Positions 9,573 to 20,026 of a stretch of DNA of 64,000 bases are shown in pieces (the stretch's first letter is position 1; each line of letters starts with the position of its first letter). The DNA comes from Candidatus Dojkabacteria bacterium (GTDB lineage: Bacteria > Patescibacteriota > Dojkabacteria > B142 > OLB20). The translations under genes and the position numbers were made by a program. Under the pieces are notes generated by a model. It saw only the letters and a list, made by a program, of their open reading frames with translations. It did no database searches and was not told the DNA's origin. The stretch lies in contig DAOMOX010000003.1 in NCBI GenBank assembly GCA_035444565.1, positions 95,488-159,487 on the forward strand, in the 5' to 3' direction.

Positions 9573-10085
9573 ATGCACATGGACTTGTCGACGCAAAATG
9601 GTAAAACAGAGAGGGTAATCTCGATAGATTGTGGAACAGCTATCACGGGATGGGCGATTATAGACAAAAAGGGTAATTATTTAACACACGTTGCAAGCGG
9701 TGCAATACAGACAAGTAAAAATGATGATATGTCTTTGAGACTTAAATACATCTTTGAAGAATTAGAAAAACTAATCCAGGAATATCGGCCAACTACTATG
9801 GCAATTGAAGACCTTTTTTATTTTAAGAATCAAAAAACAGTTATTACAGTTAGTCAAGCAAGGGGGGTTATTATACTTTCTGGTGTTGTGAATCAATTGG
9901 GGGTATATAATTACACTCCCTTACAAGTTAAATCCGCAGTAACAGGTTACGGCAGAGCGGAGAAGAATCAAGTTGCTTTTATGGTAGGTAAAATACTTAA
10001 ATTAAAGGATGTTCCGAAGCTAGATGACATTACTGATGCCATAGCTGTAGGGATCTGCCATCTTAATTCAAATCATGTTCGCTAA
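9573..10085 (+). CDS. ruvC: Holliday junction resolvase RuvC
   Basis: ISIDCGTAITGWA and the C-terminal DAIAVGICH motif. Confidence 0.9.
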   Translation: MHMDLSTQNGKTERVISIDCGTAITGWAIIDKKGNYLTHVASGAIQTSKNDDMSLRLKYIFEELEKLIQEYRPTTMAIEDLFYFKNQKTVITVSQARGVIILSGVVNQLGVYNYTPLQVKSAVTGYGRAEKNQVAFMVGKILKLKDVPKLDDITDAIAVGICHLNSNHVR

Positions 10086-10653
10086 ACTCAAAGGTACAAT
10101 CTCGGATATCTTTTCAGACTTCATTATATTGGATGTCGGTGATGTAGGTTATCGAGTTGAGACTATACAAAATGAATTTCTTGTTGGAGAAGAGAAATCT
10201 TTCTTCATTTACACTCATGTGAGAGAAAATGAGATTCGATTATTTGGGTTGGATACAAAGAATCAATATTCGCTATTTGTAGATTTGATAGGAATATCTG
10301 GGGTGGGTCCGAAATTAGCACAAAATATACTCAAGCAGATACCTTACGAATCCATTATGTCCGCGATTGCCGATAAAAATATTGATACACTTCTTGTAAA
10401 AGGAGTAGGGAAGAAAACAGCACAGAGAATTATAATAGATATGACTTCTAAGTTGGAAAAATATACGTGGGAAGGTTTTACAAGTCAAAACAATTTATCA
10501 CAGGAGTTCAGAAGTCAGGCTCAACAAGCATTACAGAACCTAGGTTTAAGTAAAGATGAAATCAGGGACATAATAAAGGAATATGGTGTGAATCATACCG
10601 AAGAAAAGTTAGAATTATTAGTTAAGTTTGCATTAAAATTCATTAATAAATGA
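10075..10653 (+). CDS. ruvA: Holliday junction branch migration protein RuvA
   Basis: MFAKLKGT N-terminus and HhH motif GISGVGPKLA. Confidence 0.85.
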   Translation: MFAKLKGTISDIFSDFIILDVGDVGYRVETIQNEFLVGEEKSFFIYTHVRENEIRLFGLDTKNQYSLFVDLIGISGVGPKLAQNILKQIPYESIMSAIADKNIDTLLVKGVGKKTAQRIIIDMTSKLEKYTWEGFTSQNNLSQEFRSQAQQALQNLGLSKDEIRDIIKEYGVNHTEEKLELLVKFALKFINK

Positions 10654-11645
10654 TGAACGATCGAATCATAAATGCAGAATCAGAGAGTGATGATGAGTTG
10701 GTACTCTTTGATAGATCGCTTCGCCCTAAACTTTTTAAAGATGTTATAGGTAGAAAGCGCGAGGTCGATAACCTTAAGATTCTAATAGATGCTGCTAAAA
10801 TGAGAAATGAACCGATTGATCATGTTCTACTTCATGGTCCGCCTGGACTTGGAAAAACTTCCTTGGCATATGTTATAGCAAACGAAGCAAATGTACCTAT
10901 TTATACTACCTCAGGGCCAGCAATTGAGAGAAAAGCTGACTTGGCTGCCATATTAAGCAACCTTGAAGATAAGGCGATTTTATTTATCGATGAAATTCAT
11001 CGACTAAATAGATCATTGGAGGAAATCTTGTATTCAGCAATGGAGGATAGTACGATTGACATAGTCATTGGCAAGGGTCCTTCAGCTAGGACATTAAAGT
11101 TGGAATTAAATAAATTCTCATTGATAGGTGCCACAACTAGAGTAGGGATGTTGAGTTCCCCTTTAAGAGATAGGTTTGGTGTAGATATGCACTTGGATTA
11201 TTATGGTTATGAAGATTTAGCATCGCTAATAAGACAAAAAGCAAAAATATTAGATATTGTGATAGATGAAAAAGCTTCTGAGGAAATTGCAAAACGATCT
11301 AGAAGGACTCCTCGAATTGCACAACGTTTATTAAAAAGAGTTAGAGACTATGCGCAAAGCAATTCAAGTAGTAATATAGATGTAAACTCAGTAAAAGAAA
11401 CATTAAACATGTTAGGAATCGATAATTTTGGTCTGGACAGCCTAGACAAGAAAATTTTGCAAGTGATGGTCAAAAACTTCAAAGGAGGACCTGTTGGTAT
11501 AAACACAATAGCAGCGTCACTGTCCGAGGATAGAGATACAATCGAAAATGTGTATGAACCATTTTTGTTGAAAGAAGGTTTTATTATGAGAACAGCGAGG
11601 GGTAGGGTAGTTACGGAAAAAGTATATGAAATATTAGATTTATAA
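10650..11645 (+). CDS. ruvB: Holliday junction helicase RuvB
   Basis: LRPKLF...GPPGLGKTSLA Walker A and the arginine sensor region. Confidence 0.95.
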   Translation: MMNDRIINAESESDDELVLFDRSLRPKLFKDVIGRKREVDNLKILIDAAKMRNEPIDHVLLHGPPGLGKTSLAYVIANEANVPIYTTSGPAIERKADLAAILSNLEDKAILFIDEIHRLNRSLEEILYSAMEDSTIDIVIGKGPSARTLKLELNKFSLIGATTRVGMLSSPLRDRFGVDMHLDYYGYEDLASLIRQKAKILDIVIDEKASEEIAKRSRRTPRIAQRLLKRVRDYAQSNSSSNIDVNSVKETLNMLGIDNFGLDSLDKKILQVMVKNFKGGPVGINTIAASLSEDRDTIENVYEPFLLKEGFIMRTARGRVVTEKVYEILDL

Positions 11646-11647
11646 AA

Positions 11648-12475
11648 ATGCCAAAGATAAATACAAGATCTAGGATAATGATAACAACGTCATTGCTTAC
11701 GTTCTTGTTTCTCTTAGTTCAACAATATGACTTCCGCACCATCTGGCCAATAAATCTCAGTTTTGACCCGATAAAGCCGTTCATCTTGAGTTTCGTAGCA
11801 TATGTACTATGTTATTGGGTGCTTCATTTCAAAGTTTCTGGAGAAAGATATGTGACTATTTTATTATTTCCAGCGATTACCGTATTCGCTTTATCCCTCT
11901 TGTCCGAAATCCTTATAGCGGGGATACTTTCCGAATTCGGACAGCTAGGTCTTGTCCTACTAAGTGCAGTTCTTTTCTGGGTGTTTGTATATATAACTTT
12001 TCTTACTGTTAATGTTTTAAATGTTTCTTACATTCGTGAAATTCCTTTAGGTCAAGCGGGTAGGGCATCGCAATTCATCTTGACTATGATAATTGCATAC
12101 ATTAGTTTCTTTTTGGTATTCAGTAACGATATCTTTCTAGTTTTTCGAGAAGTGTTTATTTTATTAGAAACATTTTTGTTAGTCTATATCACCCTCTGGA
12201 CAATAAAAATCTCAAAACGGCAACGAATAATTGCATCATTAAATATTGGTGTACTGATTGCGTTACTTACATTCATTTTGAGTCTCTGGCCCATAAATTC
12301 CACTTATATAGCCCTTGTGCTGATATTGGTGTTTTACGTATGTCTCGGTATAGCTCTCGAAATAAGGGAATTCATAAGTCAATTTATTTGGGTAGAATAC
12401 GTTTCATTATTAGTATTAATCTTCGTAATGTTGTTTCTCCTAGCAGAGTGGGGGATTAACGGTCACCTCCTCTAA
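11648..12475 (+). CDS. Polytopic membrane protein of unknown function
   Basis: About 8 hydrophobic helices. Confidence 0.4.
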   Translation: MPKINTRSRIMITTSLLTFLFLLVQQYDFRTIWPINLSFDPIKPFILSFVAYVLCYWVLHFKVSGERYVTILLFPAITVFALSLLSEILIAGILSEFGQLGLVLLSAVLFWVFVYITFLTVNVLNVSYIREIPLGQAGRASQFILTMIIAYISFFLVFSNDIFLVFREVFILLETFLLVYITLWTIKISKRQRIIASLNIGVLIALLTFILSLWPINSTYIALVLILVFYVCLGIALEIREFISQFIWVEYVSLLVLIFVMLFLLAEWGINGHLL

Positions 12476-12864
12476 ATAGAGGTAATTAATTAATTGTCTT
12501 CCTTTAACTCCCTCGTTTTCATATTTTCTTTATATGACCAGATAATGGGGGAATGAGATATATATAAATTCATAAATATTTGTAATCCATAATAAAAGAT
12601 AATTTCTGAATAAATAAGGATGAAATAGTACTATATAGAAACTGAGTATAATAACCCTTATATGCAATTAACGAGAGAATAAGGCGGAGAAGTGGGTGTT
12701 TTGCTATTTATTTATAATTAGTTATAATATTTTTAATTCATATATTATTAATAGTTTTTGTTAATGTATGAAATTTCTGAGATTTGAGTTTTATTACCTC
12801 ATTTCTTGGATACCCTTTATTCTCGGGGCTTCTCCCCTACTAATTTTTATCAAAAGAGGGCACC

Positions 12865-13962
12865 ATGGATGATTTCGACAAGTATAATAAGGAAATAGTA
12901 AGCCAGATGCCTTTAATAGAGGATTTCTTTTATGACCTTATAAATAATAATTATTCAGGGAAAACAGTATCTAACTATCAAAGAGATTTATTAGTTTTTG
13001 CGAGTTTTCTATATTCACAGAAATTAAAATTTAAAGAAATCGGGAAATTAGATTTAATTAAATACAAAGACTATTTACGTAATGGGAAATATTTAAAAGA
13101 TTTAAAATTCCTCTATAATAACGAAAATGTCACCGATGATCGTGAAAATCCACTCCCTGAAACGCAACACAAAGAATCGAGCTCTAAGGCATCTAGAAGG
13201 CTTTCTATGTATCAAGGTCGACTTGGAAGTCGCAGTGTAAATCGTATGTTATCAGCATTAAGGAGTTATTTTAGATTTTTGACAGATGCGGATGAAAAAG
13301 TTCCAATTCCTGCAGATGCGATAAAATTAATTAAAACTGAAAAAGTCGTTTCAAATGTTGCTGACTTAGATGAATTAATTTCTTTAATTGAATCTCCAGA
13401 AAATTTTGAAAAGAAAAAAAATGTTCGTTACAGAAACCGTGCAATGTTGGAATTATTATTTTCAACTGGTATGAGAATTTCTGAACTTATAAATTTGAAT
13501 CTTGAAGATTTGAAACTTGATGAGTCTAAAAAAGTTATACAAGATGACAGAATTTTCATCACTGGTAAAGGAAAAAAGCAAAGATTTGTTTATCTCACAG
13601 AACGTGCAAAACATTATCTGGAAAGGTATCTGATGACTCGTGATGACGAATATAAGGCCTTGTTTATACCTTATAGAGGATCTCGGCTAGGTACTGAAAA
13701 TCCTTATGCAGTAAGAGTTTCGGTGAATTATTTACAATATAAAATTAAACAATACAGAACTCGTCTTGGTATAAATATTCCTACTTCCGCGCACAGTCTT
13801 AGGCACGGTTTTGCTACTTATTTATCCGAAAATGGTGCAAATCCGGCTTCAATTCAACGACTTCTTGGTCATGAATCATTACAAACGACAAGCCGTTACG
13901 TTCATACGAGCGACAAGGTCGCACAAAAATCTCATAAAGAATTCCATCCATTAAAAGAGTAG
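12865..13962 (+). CDS. Xer-type tyrosine site-specific recombinase with an extended N-terminal domain
   Basis: C-terminal box HSLRHGFAT...LLGHESLQTTSRYVH with catalytic R, H-x-x-R and Y. Confidence 0.8.
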   Translation: MDDFDKYNKEIVSQMPLIEDFFYDLINNNYSGKTVSNYQRDLLVFASFLYSQKLKFKEIGKLDLIKYKDYLRNGKYLKDLKFLYNNENVTDDRENPLPETQHKESSSKASRRLSMYQGRLGSRSVNRMLSALRSYFRFLTDADEKVPIPADAIKLIKTEKVVSNVADLDELISLIESPENFEKKKNVRYRNRAMLELLFSTGMRISELINLNLEDLKLDESKKVIQDDRIFITGKGKKQRFVYLTERAKHYLERYLMTRDDEYKALFIPYRGSRLGTENPYAVRVSVNYLQYKIKQYRTRLGINIPTSAHSLRHGFATYLSENGANPASIQRLLGHESLQTTSRYVHTSDKVAQKSHKEFHPLKE

Positions 13963-13990
13963 GGTTCCCCTACTCTTTTTTATTTTTTTT
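13957..13990 (+). terminator. Rho-independent terminator after the recombinase gene, possibly bidirectional
   Basis: GAGTAGGG-TT-CCCCTACTC stem followed by TTTTTTATTTTTTTT. The TAG stop codon lies inside the stem. Confidence 0.6.
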
Positions 13991-14017
13991 ATGATTTGGT
14001 TGTTAGACCTGAATTCT

Positions 14018-14446
14018 CTAGGCTACAGCAGAAACCTCAAGTATTTCGATAACCTGCTTACCAGCTGGAGTGTCAAGTTCCACATAGTCCCCTGCTCCAT
14101 TGCCTTCTAGTGCAAGCGCAATCGGTGACTCGGTAGATATATATCCATTTTGTGTATCAACCTGTGTTGGATGTACAACCTTGAATTCACGGGTGCTACC
14201 ATTGATGCTGACTTTGTACTGTTGACCAAAAGTCTTTGGTAGTTCAGTATTTTTCAAGGAGTCTAATAGCGAATCGATTGACTGCTCTAGATAATCTTTT
14301 TTGTCTAATAACTCGTGTAACACAGCAGAATCATCTGCATCGTTTTCTTTTCGATCTCTTTCGATTTGTGTGCCGATTGAATCAATTTGTTTTTTTAGGT
14401 CTTGTATTTTTGCAAGTATTTCTTCTCTCGATTTCGCCTTCTTCAT
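14018..14446 (-). CDS. greA: GreA-family transcript cleavage factor. Start taken at MKKAK; the ORF-track extension to 14512 is rejected.
   Basis: N-terminal coiled-coil plus C-terminal FKBP-like domain (SPIALALEGNGAGDYVELDTPAG). Confidence 0.7.
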   Translation of the reverse strand: MKKAKSREEILAKIQDLKKQIDSIGTQIERDRKENDADDSAVLHELLDKKDYLEQSIDSLLDSLKNTELPKTFGQQYKVSINGSTREFKVVHPTQVDTQNGYISTESPIALALEGNGAGDYVELDTPAGKQVIEILEVSAVA

Positions 14447-14456
14447 TGTAATTTGA

Positions 14457-14489
14457 TAAAAAATAAAAAAACCTCTCGTTTTTGAGAGG
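14457..14489 (-). terminator. Intrinsic-terminator-like hairpin plus U-tract about 10 nt upstream of the greA start
   Basis: On the minus strand: CCUCUC-AAAAAC-GAGAGG followed by UUUUUUUAUUUUUU. Confidence 0.5.
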
Positions 14490-14655
14490 TGGAATACACG
14501 ATGGGTATACACCTCTCAAGTGATTAGTGATTTATTCATAATAAAAATTTGTGTGCAACAACAATAATGCATTTCTTTTTTCGGTTTTCCTTTATATATC
14601 ACAACGAATTATATAACGTTGTTTGAAAATAGTGTCACAAATAATACAATTTTTT

Positions 14656-17250
14656 TTATACAATAGCAATAGCACTTACCTCATCGCCCTTCTCTAGCGA
14701 CATTAGGCGGACACCTGCTGTTTGTCTACTTCTCTCAGGTAGATCATTTGTTGGAGTTCTGAGTGCTTTTCCAATTTTGCTGATAATCAATAGGTCCATT
14801 CCAGGATGGTCAAAAATCCTTGCTGTTGCCAAGAATCCAGTCTTTTTATTGATTCTGGCTGCATATACCCCCTGCCCTCCTCTTTTCTGTCTAGGAAATT
14901 GTGATAATTTGCTGACTTTTCCGTAACCATTTCTTGAGATTGTTAATAATAGGTCTTCTTGTTTACGGACAACATCCATAGCGATTACAAAGTCTCCAGC
15001 GTTCTTAAATAATATTCCTCGTACTCCCATGGTGTCTCTTCCTGTTGGTCGAACATCTTTCTCATGGAATCGGATCGATCTGGCTTGTTCTGTGATTAGT
15101 AAGACTTCATCATCACCGTTGGTTGGTTTTACCCAGGCTAATTCGTCTTCTTTTGATAATTTAATTGAAATCAAACCATTTGTTCTGATATTGCTGAATT
15201 CTTCGATAGCAGTTTTCTTTACCGTTCCTAATTTGGTGGCCATGAAAAGGTATTTGTAGGATTTTTTCTCACGTTTGTCTTCTCCTTCTTGTATTGTATC
15301 TTCATCATATAGTTTTCCATCTTCTCGTTTACTTAAGATACTTGTTACGAGTTCGTTCTGGTCTATATTTATTAAATTGATAATTGCTTGTCCTTTTGCT
15401 GTTCTACCAAACTCAGGTATCTCGTATACTTTCTTGAAAAATACTCGGCCTCGATTTGTGAAGAATAAAATATCGTCATGAGTAGAACAACTCAAAATAT
15501 GCGAAACTCCGTCATCTTCTTTTGTTCCCATTCCTGTTTTTCCTTTTCCTCCACGCTTTTGTTGTTTGTAAGTATTTTCATTGATTCTTTTAATGTAACC
15601 TTGTTCACTTACCGTAACGAAAACATTCTCTTTATGAATTAAATCCAATTCTGAAAATTCTCCAACCTTGCCCTTGTGCAACTTTGTTCTTCGTTTGTCG
15701 GAAAGTCTTTCCTTCAGTGATGTAAGTTCTTGTTCAATAGTATTGATAACCATATCGGGAGTTGTAATTAATTTGATCAGTTCTGCGATAGTCTTTTTGA
15801 TTTGCTTGTATTCTTCTTCAATCTTTTGTCTTTCTAGTGCAGCAAGTTTTCGGAGTTGCATATCAAGTATTGCTGTCGCTTGAATTTCACTCAATGCGAA
15901 TTTCTTTATCAAGTTTGTCTTAGCTATGTCAGCATCTTTTGAACTTCTGATTGTGTTTATGACTTCATCAAGATTATCAAGAGCAATCATTAATCCTTCT
16001 AGAATATGTTCTCTTTCTTTAGCTCTCGCAAGGTCAAATTCCGCTCTTCTTATTATGATTTCTTGTCTATGCGTAATGAATAATTCAAGAATTCTCTTTA
16101 GGTTCAATAATTTTGGTTCACCATTAACCAATGCAAGCAGATTCATATTGAATGTTGTCTGCATCTCTGTATATTTGTACAGTTTGTTGAGAACTGTATT
16201 GGGGTTACCATCTTTTTTAATATCAATCACCACTCGGATTGTTTTCGTGGATTCATCTCTCAAATCTGCAATTCCAAGGATTTTCTTATCGCGGTGAAGG
16301 TCTGCAATTTTTATTACCAGGTTGGATTTGTTTACTTGGTAAGGAAGTTCGGTTACAACAATTCTAAATTTACCGTTTCCTCTTTCTTCTATGTGTGCAA
16401 CTGCACGCATTAAAACTCTCCCCCGACCTGTTGCATAACCTCGAATGATTTCTGCTTGGTCGTACATTTCTGCACCAGTAGGAAAATCAGGCGCAGGTAT
16501 GAATTTTGCTAAATCTTCGATAGTAGTTGAGGAGATGAATTCAGGGAATCTGTCCTTTGGCAACTTATGTAAATCTTCAACAGTTCTAATCTCTTCTGCA
16601 TATTTTAGATCAAGTTGCTGGTAGTCAAATTCGTTGCCAAGCTCTATCATAGACTTCAACCCATCCACGATCTCTCCTAAGTTATGTGGAGGTATTTTGG
16701 TTGCCATTCCAACAGCAATACCCTCTGCTCCATTCAAGAGTAAGTTCGGGAGTAAAGAAGGTAATAGATTTGGCTCGGAATAACTTCCGTCATATGTTGG
16801 AATGAAATCTACCGTATTTTTATCGAGATCTTGCAGAATCTCTAGAGCATTCTTACCGAGCCTAGATTCTGTATACCTCATGGCTGCAGCTGTGTCTCCG
16901 TCTATTGAACCGAAGTTACCTTGTCCATCTATAAGTGGATACCTGAAACTGAAGTCTTGAGCCATACGAACCATAGCGTCGTAAACAGCAGTGTCTCCGT
17001 GAGGATGATATTTACCTATTACTTCTCCAACTGTTCTAGCAGATTTCTTGTAACCTTTGCTAGGAAGAAAACCTTGTCGATACATAGCGTATAAAATCCT
17101 CCTCTGTACAGGCTTAAGTCCATCTCTAACCTCCGGAAGTGCTCTAGCTACAATAACGCTCATTGCGTAGTTGATGTAAGAAGTAGACATCTCATCTACA
17201 ATATTTCGAGAGTTAATTGTGCCTGTTGTTTTTAGACCTTGATCTGTCAT
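14656..17250 (-). CDS. gyrA: DNA gyrase subunit A
   Basis: [23 protein letters not shown] active-site region; 864 aa. Confidence 0.95.
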   Translation of the reverse strand: MTDQGLKTTGTINSRNIVDEMSTSYINYAMSVIVARALPEVRDGLKPVQRRILYAMYRQGFLPSKGYKKSARTVGEVIGKYHPHGDTAVYDAMVRMAQDFSFRYPLIDGQGNFGSIDGDTAAAMRYTESRLGKNALEILQDLDKNTVDFIPTYDGSYSEPNLLPSLLPNLLLNGAEGIAVGMATKIPPHNLGEIVDGLKSMIELGNEFDYQQLDLKYAEEIRTVEDLHKLPKDRFPEFISSTTIEDLAKFIPAPDFPTGAEMYDQAEIIRGYATGRGRVLMRAVAHIEERGNGKFRIVVTELPYQVNKSNLVIKIADLHRDKKILGIADLRDESTKTIRVVIDIKKDGNPNTVLNKLYKYTEMQTTFNMNLLALVNGEPKLLNLKRILELFITHRQEIIIRRAEFDLARAKEREHILEGLMIALDNLDEVINTIRSSKDADIAKTNLIKKFALSEIQATAILDMQLRKLAALERQKIEEEYKQIKKTIAELIKLITTPDMVINTIEQELTSLKERLSDKRRTKLHKGKVGEFSELDLIHKENVFVTVSEQGYIKRINENTYKQQKRGGKGKTGMGTKEDDGVSHILSCSTHDDILFFTNRGRVFFKKVYEIPEFGRTAKGQAIINLINIDQNELVTSILSKREDGKLYDEDTIQEGEDKREKKSYKYLFMATKLGTVKKTAIEEFSNIRTNGLISIKLSKEDELAWVKPTNGDDEVLLITEQARSIRFHEKDVRPTGRDTMGVRGILFKNAGDFVIAMDVVRKQEDLLLTISRNGYGKVSKLSQFPRQKRGGQGVYAARINKKTGFLATARIFDHPGMDLLIISKIGKALRTPTNDLPERSRQTAGVRLMSLEKGDEVSAIAIV

Positions 17251-17260
17251 TTGCTTAATA

Positions 17261-19204
17261 TTAAATATCTACGGTTGCTTCTTTACTGTGAGTTTGAATA
17301 AATTTCTTTCTAGGTGCAACTTCTGCTCCCATCAAAATATCAAAAATTTTATCGGATTCTTCACCATCTTCGATTTTGATTTGTTTAAGAGTTCGACTTT
17401 CAGGATTCATTGTTGTTTGCCATAATTGTTCAGGATTCATTTCTCCAAGACCTTTGAATCTTTGAATACTTTTTGGTGACTTCTTAGCGGCTTTTAATTG
17501 TGCTGTTAATTCTTCTAATTTTGAATCGTTAGCAACCCAGTAGTTTTCGTCTTTATTGATTTCTACTTTGTATAGTGGTGGCTGGGCAACGTATAGATAT
17601 CCCTTTTCAAGTATTGGTTTCAAGTGGCGATAGAATAATGTCAAAACAAGTGTTGTAATATGTTCTCCATCAACATCAGCATCGTTCATCAAGACAATTT
17701 TGTGATATCTGAGCTTTTCAATATTCATTGTGTCGGAAATACCTGTTCCAAGTGCTATTACCAAGTCTTTAATTTCTTTATTATTCATAATTTTATCAAG
17801 ACGGTATTTCTCAGTATTAAGAGGTTTTCCTCTTAGTGGAAAAATCGCTTGAGTATTTCGATCACGAGCTTGTTTTGCAGATCCTCCGGCAGAGTCTCCC
17901 TCTACTATGAACAATTCTGAAATTGTAGGATCTTTACTAGAACAATCGGCAAGTTTTCCTGGTAGGCTTCCACCATCAAGTGCACCCTTTCTGATGACTG
18001 CATCTCTAGCTGCTTTTGCCGCTTTTCGTGCTTTGTTGGAAAGAACTGCTCTAGAAATAATGTTCTTCGCATCTTGGGGATTCTCTCCCAGGTAGGTTTT
18101 TAGCGATTCTTCAACAACTTTTCTTACAGCTTGTGTGACTTCTGGATTATTAAGCTTAATCTTCGTCTGTCCTTCAAATTGCGGGTCATGAATTTTGACT
18201 GAAACAATTGCTGTGAGCCCCTCTCTTGTATCATCTCCACTAAGTTTGAGATCTTTTTCCTTATCTGTCGCAATCGTAGAGAAATAATCATTTAGACTTT
18301 TGGTTAATGCGATTCTAAAGCCAGATAGATGTGTTCCCCCTTCAGGGTTGTGAACATTGTTAGCAAAAGCTAATACTCTTTCTTGTAGATCAGTTGTGTA
18401 TTGGACAGCGACCTCAACATCGACATCTTCTTCTGTTTTGTGTACATAGAAAATATTTTTATTAACAGGTTTATAAGAAGAATTTATTTGCTTAATGTAG
18501 GATTTCATTCCGTTCTGGAAATAGAATGCATAATGTCTAGGTATATTTGTTTCTCCTCCTCTATCTTCTTCCTCACGATCATCTCGAACAACTATACGAA
18601 CACCCGCGGTTAAATAAGCTTGCTGTCTGAAGCGAGTATGAAGTTTCTTAATACTGAATTGCGTAGATGTGAAAATTGTATCATCAGGAGTAAATGTGAT
18701 TTTTGTGCCAGTTTCATCCGATTTTCCTAAAACAGCCACGTCTTTTAATGGCTTTCCAATTTTGTACTCTTGCATGTAATGTTTGCCATCTTTGAAAACC
18801 TCTGCTTTCATATTGGTACTGACGGCGTTTACGACTGAGAGTCCAACCCCATGTAATCCAGATGACACTTTATAAGATGATTCGTCAAATTTTCCTCCGG
18901 CGTGAAGAGTCGTAGCTGCGATTTCTAAAGCGCTAACTTTTTTTATGGGATGAATATCAACCGGGATTCCGCGTCCATTATCAGAAACACTTATTGATCC
19001 ATCTTTGTTTAGACTGATTTCAATCTTATCTGCATATCCACCCAAAGCTTCGTCAATTGAGTTGTCTACAATTTCATACACGATATGATGTAGACCTGTA
19101 ACATCAGAATCTCCGATGTACATCGCAGGTCTTTTCCGTACGGCTTCTAATCCCTCAAGGATTGTTATAGATGAAGCATTGTAAGAATTATCCTTTTTGC
19201 TCAT
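17261..19204 (-). CDS. gyrB: DNA gyrase subunit B
   Basis: GHKL ATPase N-terminus, toprim EGDSAGG, and PLRGK motif. Confidence 0.95.
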   Translation of the reverse strand: MSKKDNSYNASSITILEGLEAVRKRPAMYIGDSDVTGLHHIVYEIVDNSIDEALGGYADKIEISLNKDGSISVSDNGRGIPVDIHPIKKVSALEIAATTLHAGGKFDESSYKVSSGLHGVGLSVVNAVSTNMKAEVFKDGKHYMQEYKIGKPLKDVAVLGKSDETGTKITFTPDDTIFTSTQFSIKKLHTRFRQQAYLTAGVRIVVRDDREEEDRGGETNIPRHYAFYFQNGMKSYIKQINSSYKPVNKNIFYVHKTEEDVDVEVAVQYTTDLQERVLAFANNVHNPEGGTHLSGFRIALTKSLNDYFSTIATDKEKDLKLSGDDTREGLTAIVSVKIHDPQFEGQTKIKLNNPEVTQAVRKVVEESLKTYLGENPQDAKNIISRAVLSNKARKAAKAARDAVIRKGALDGGSLPGKLADCSSKDPTISELFIVEGDSAGGSAKQARDRNTQAIFPLRGKPLNTEKYRLDKIMNNKEIKDLVIALGTGISDTMNIEKLRYHKIVLMNDADVDGEHITTLVLTLFYRHLKPILEKGYLYVAQPPLYKVEINKDENYWVANDSKLEELTAQLKAAKKSPKSIQRFKGLGEMNPEQLWQTTMNPESRTLKQIKIEDGEESDKIFDILMGAEVAPRKKFIQTHSKEATVDI

Positions 19205-19249
19205 AAAATTACATCGTAAGTGAAAGTAGTTATTCTAGCATAAGCTCGA

Positions 19250-19912
19250 CTAATATTTCATATTAATTACCATATTTTCTAATGCAAGTCTTTTAGATGT
19301 ATTACCAGATATCATTATAGATGTTTGTTCTATCAAAGCAATGTTTTGTTTGAGTTTTGTATCGGAATGGTCCGCTTCGAGCTCTTTTTGTAATGTTGTA
19401 AGCAAATTTAATAAGAATTTTTGTATTGATCTGTTTTGTTCTATTAAGTTTTTCTCACTCATTATTTCATCTATAAGTTTGAATTGTTGTGTTCTACTAA
19501 TTTTCATAAAATCGGTGCCTTCTATGGATTGCGAGATTGTCGTATCTTGGATAATCTCACACCTAGAAAGAACAGTAGGTAAAAGGTATGACGGGTTTGA
19601 TAGTGTAAGTGCTAGAAAACAATTAGCATTGGGCTCTTCTAAGAGTTTCAAGATGGAGTTTTGAGCTTGAACAGTCAATAGCTCTGCATTTTGGATGACA
19701 GCAAATTTGTTCGGACTACTGTAAGGTTTAACTTTGAACCACTCTTTCAACTTCCTTGTTTGGTCAATCCCTATTGATTGTTTTTTATCAGCGGGTTCAA
19801 CATGGTAAAAGTCTGCATTGATGTCTTTTATCTGCAAACTTGAACATAATGAGTCGATAGTCTCACTAATAAAATCAGCACGAGAAGAAGAAATTATGTA
19901 TGACTTAGACAT
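19250..19912 (-). CDS. holB: DNA polymerase III delta-prime-like clamp-loader subunit, short form
   Basis: Motifs GIDQTR, LLKLLEEP and TVLSRC; no N-terminal Walker A. Confidence 0.6.
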   Translation of the reverse strand: MSKSYIISSSRADFISETIDSLCSSLQIKDINADFYHVEPADKKQSIGIDQTRKLKEWFKVKPYSSPNKFAVIQNAELLTVQAQNSILKLLEEPNANCFLALTLSNPSYLLPTVLSRCEIIQDTTISQSIEGTDFMKISRTQQFKLIDEIMSEKNLIEQNRSIQKFLLNLLTTLQKELEADHSDTKLKQNIALIEQTSIMISGNTSKRLALENMVINMKY

Positions 19913-20026
19913 AACTCAAAAACAATTAAGTAAGTTGATAAAGAAATTAATAGAAAAAAAACTGAATAAAAGGTAGACTATAATAGTATCTAATTTTATC
20001 ACTTTGAGAGGCAAAAGACACAGTAA

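Noticed and set aside
11809-12012. 67-aa ORF inside the 275-aa membrane protein gene
   Set aside because: It is an alternative frame of a hydrophobic-coding region, with no independent support.
12865-13962. Prophage or integrative-element integrase
   Set aside because: The gene is flanked by core genes (ruvCAB, greA, gyrAB). No phage or cargo genes and no tRNA-end direct repeat lie nearby. A chromosomal Xer-type recombinase is more parsimonious.
14447-14512. Longer GreA N-terminus (MYTHRVFHLSKTRGFFIFYQIT...) as given in the ORF track
   Set aside because: The extra 22 codons are the read-through translation of a GC hairpin plus T-run (terminator-like). The start at MKKAK is preferred.
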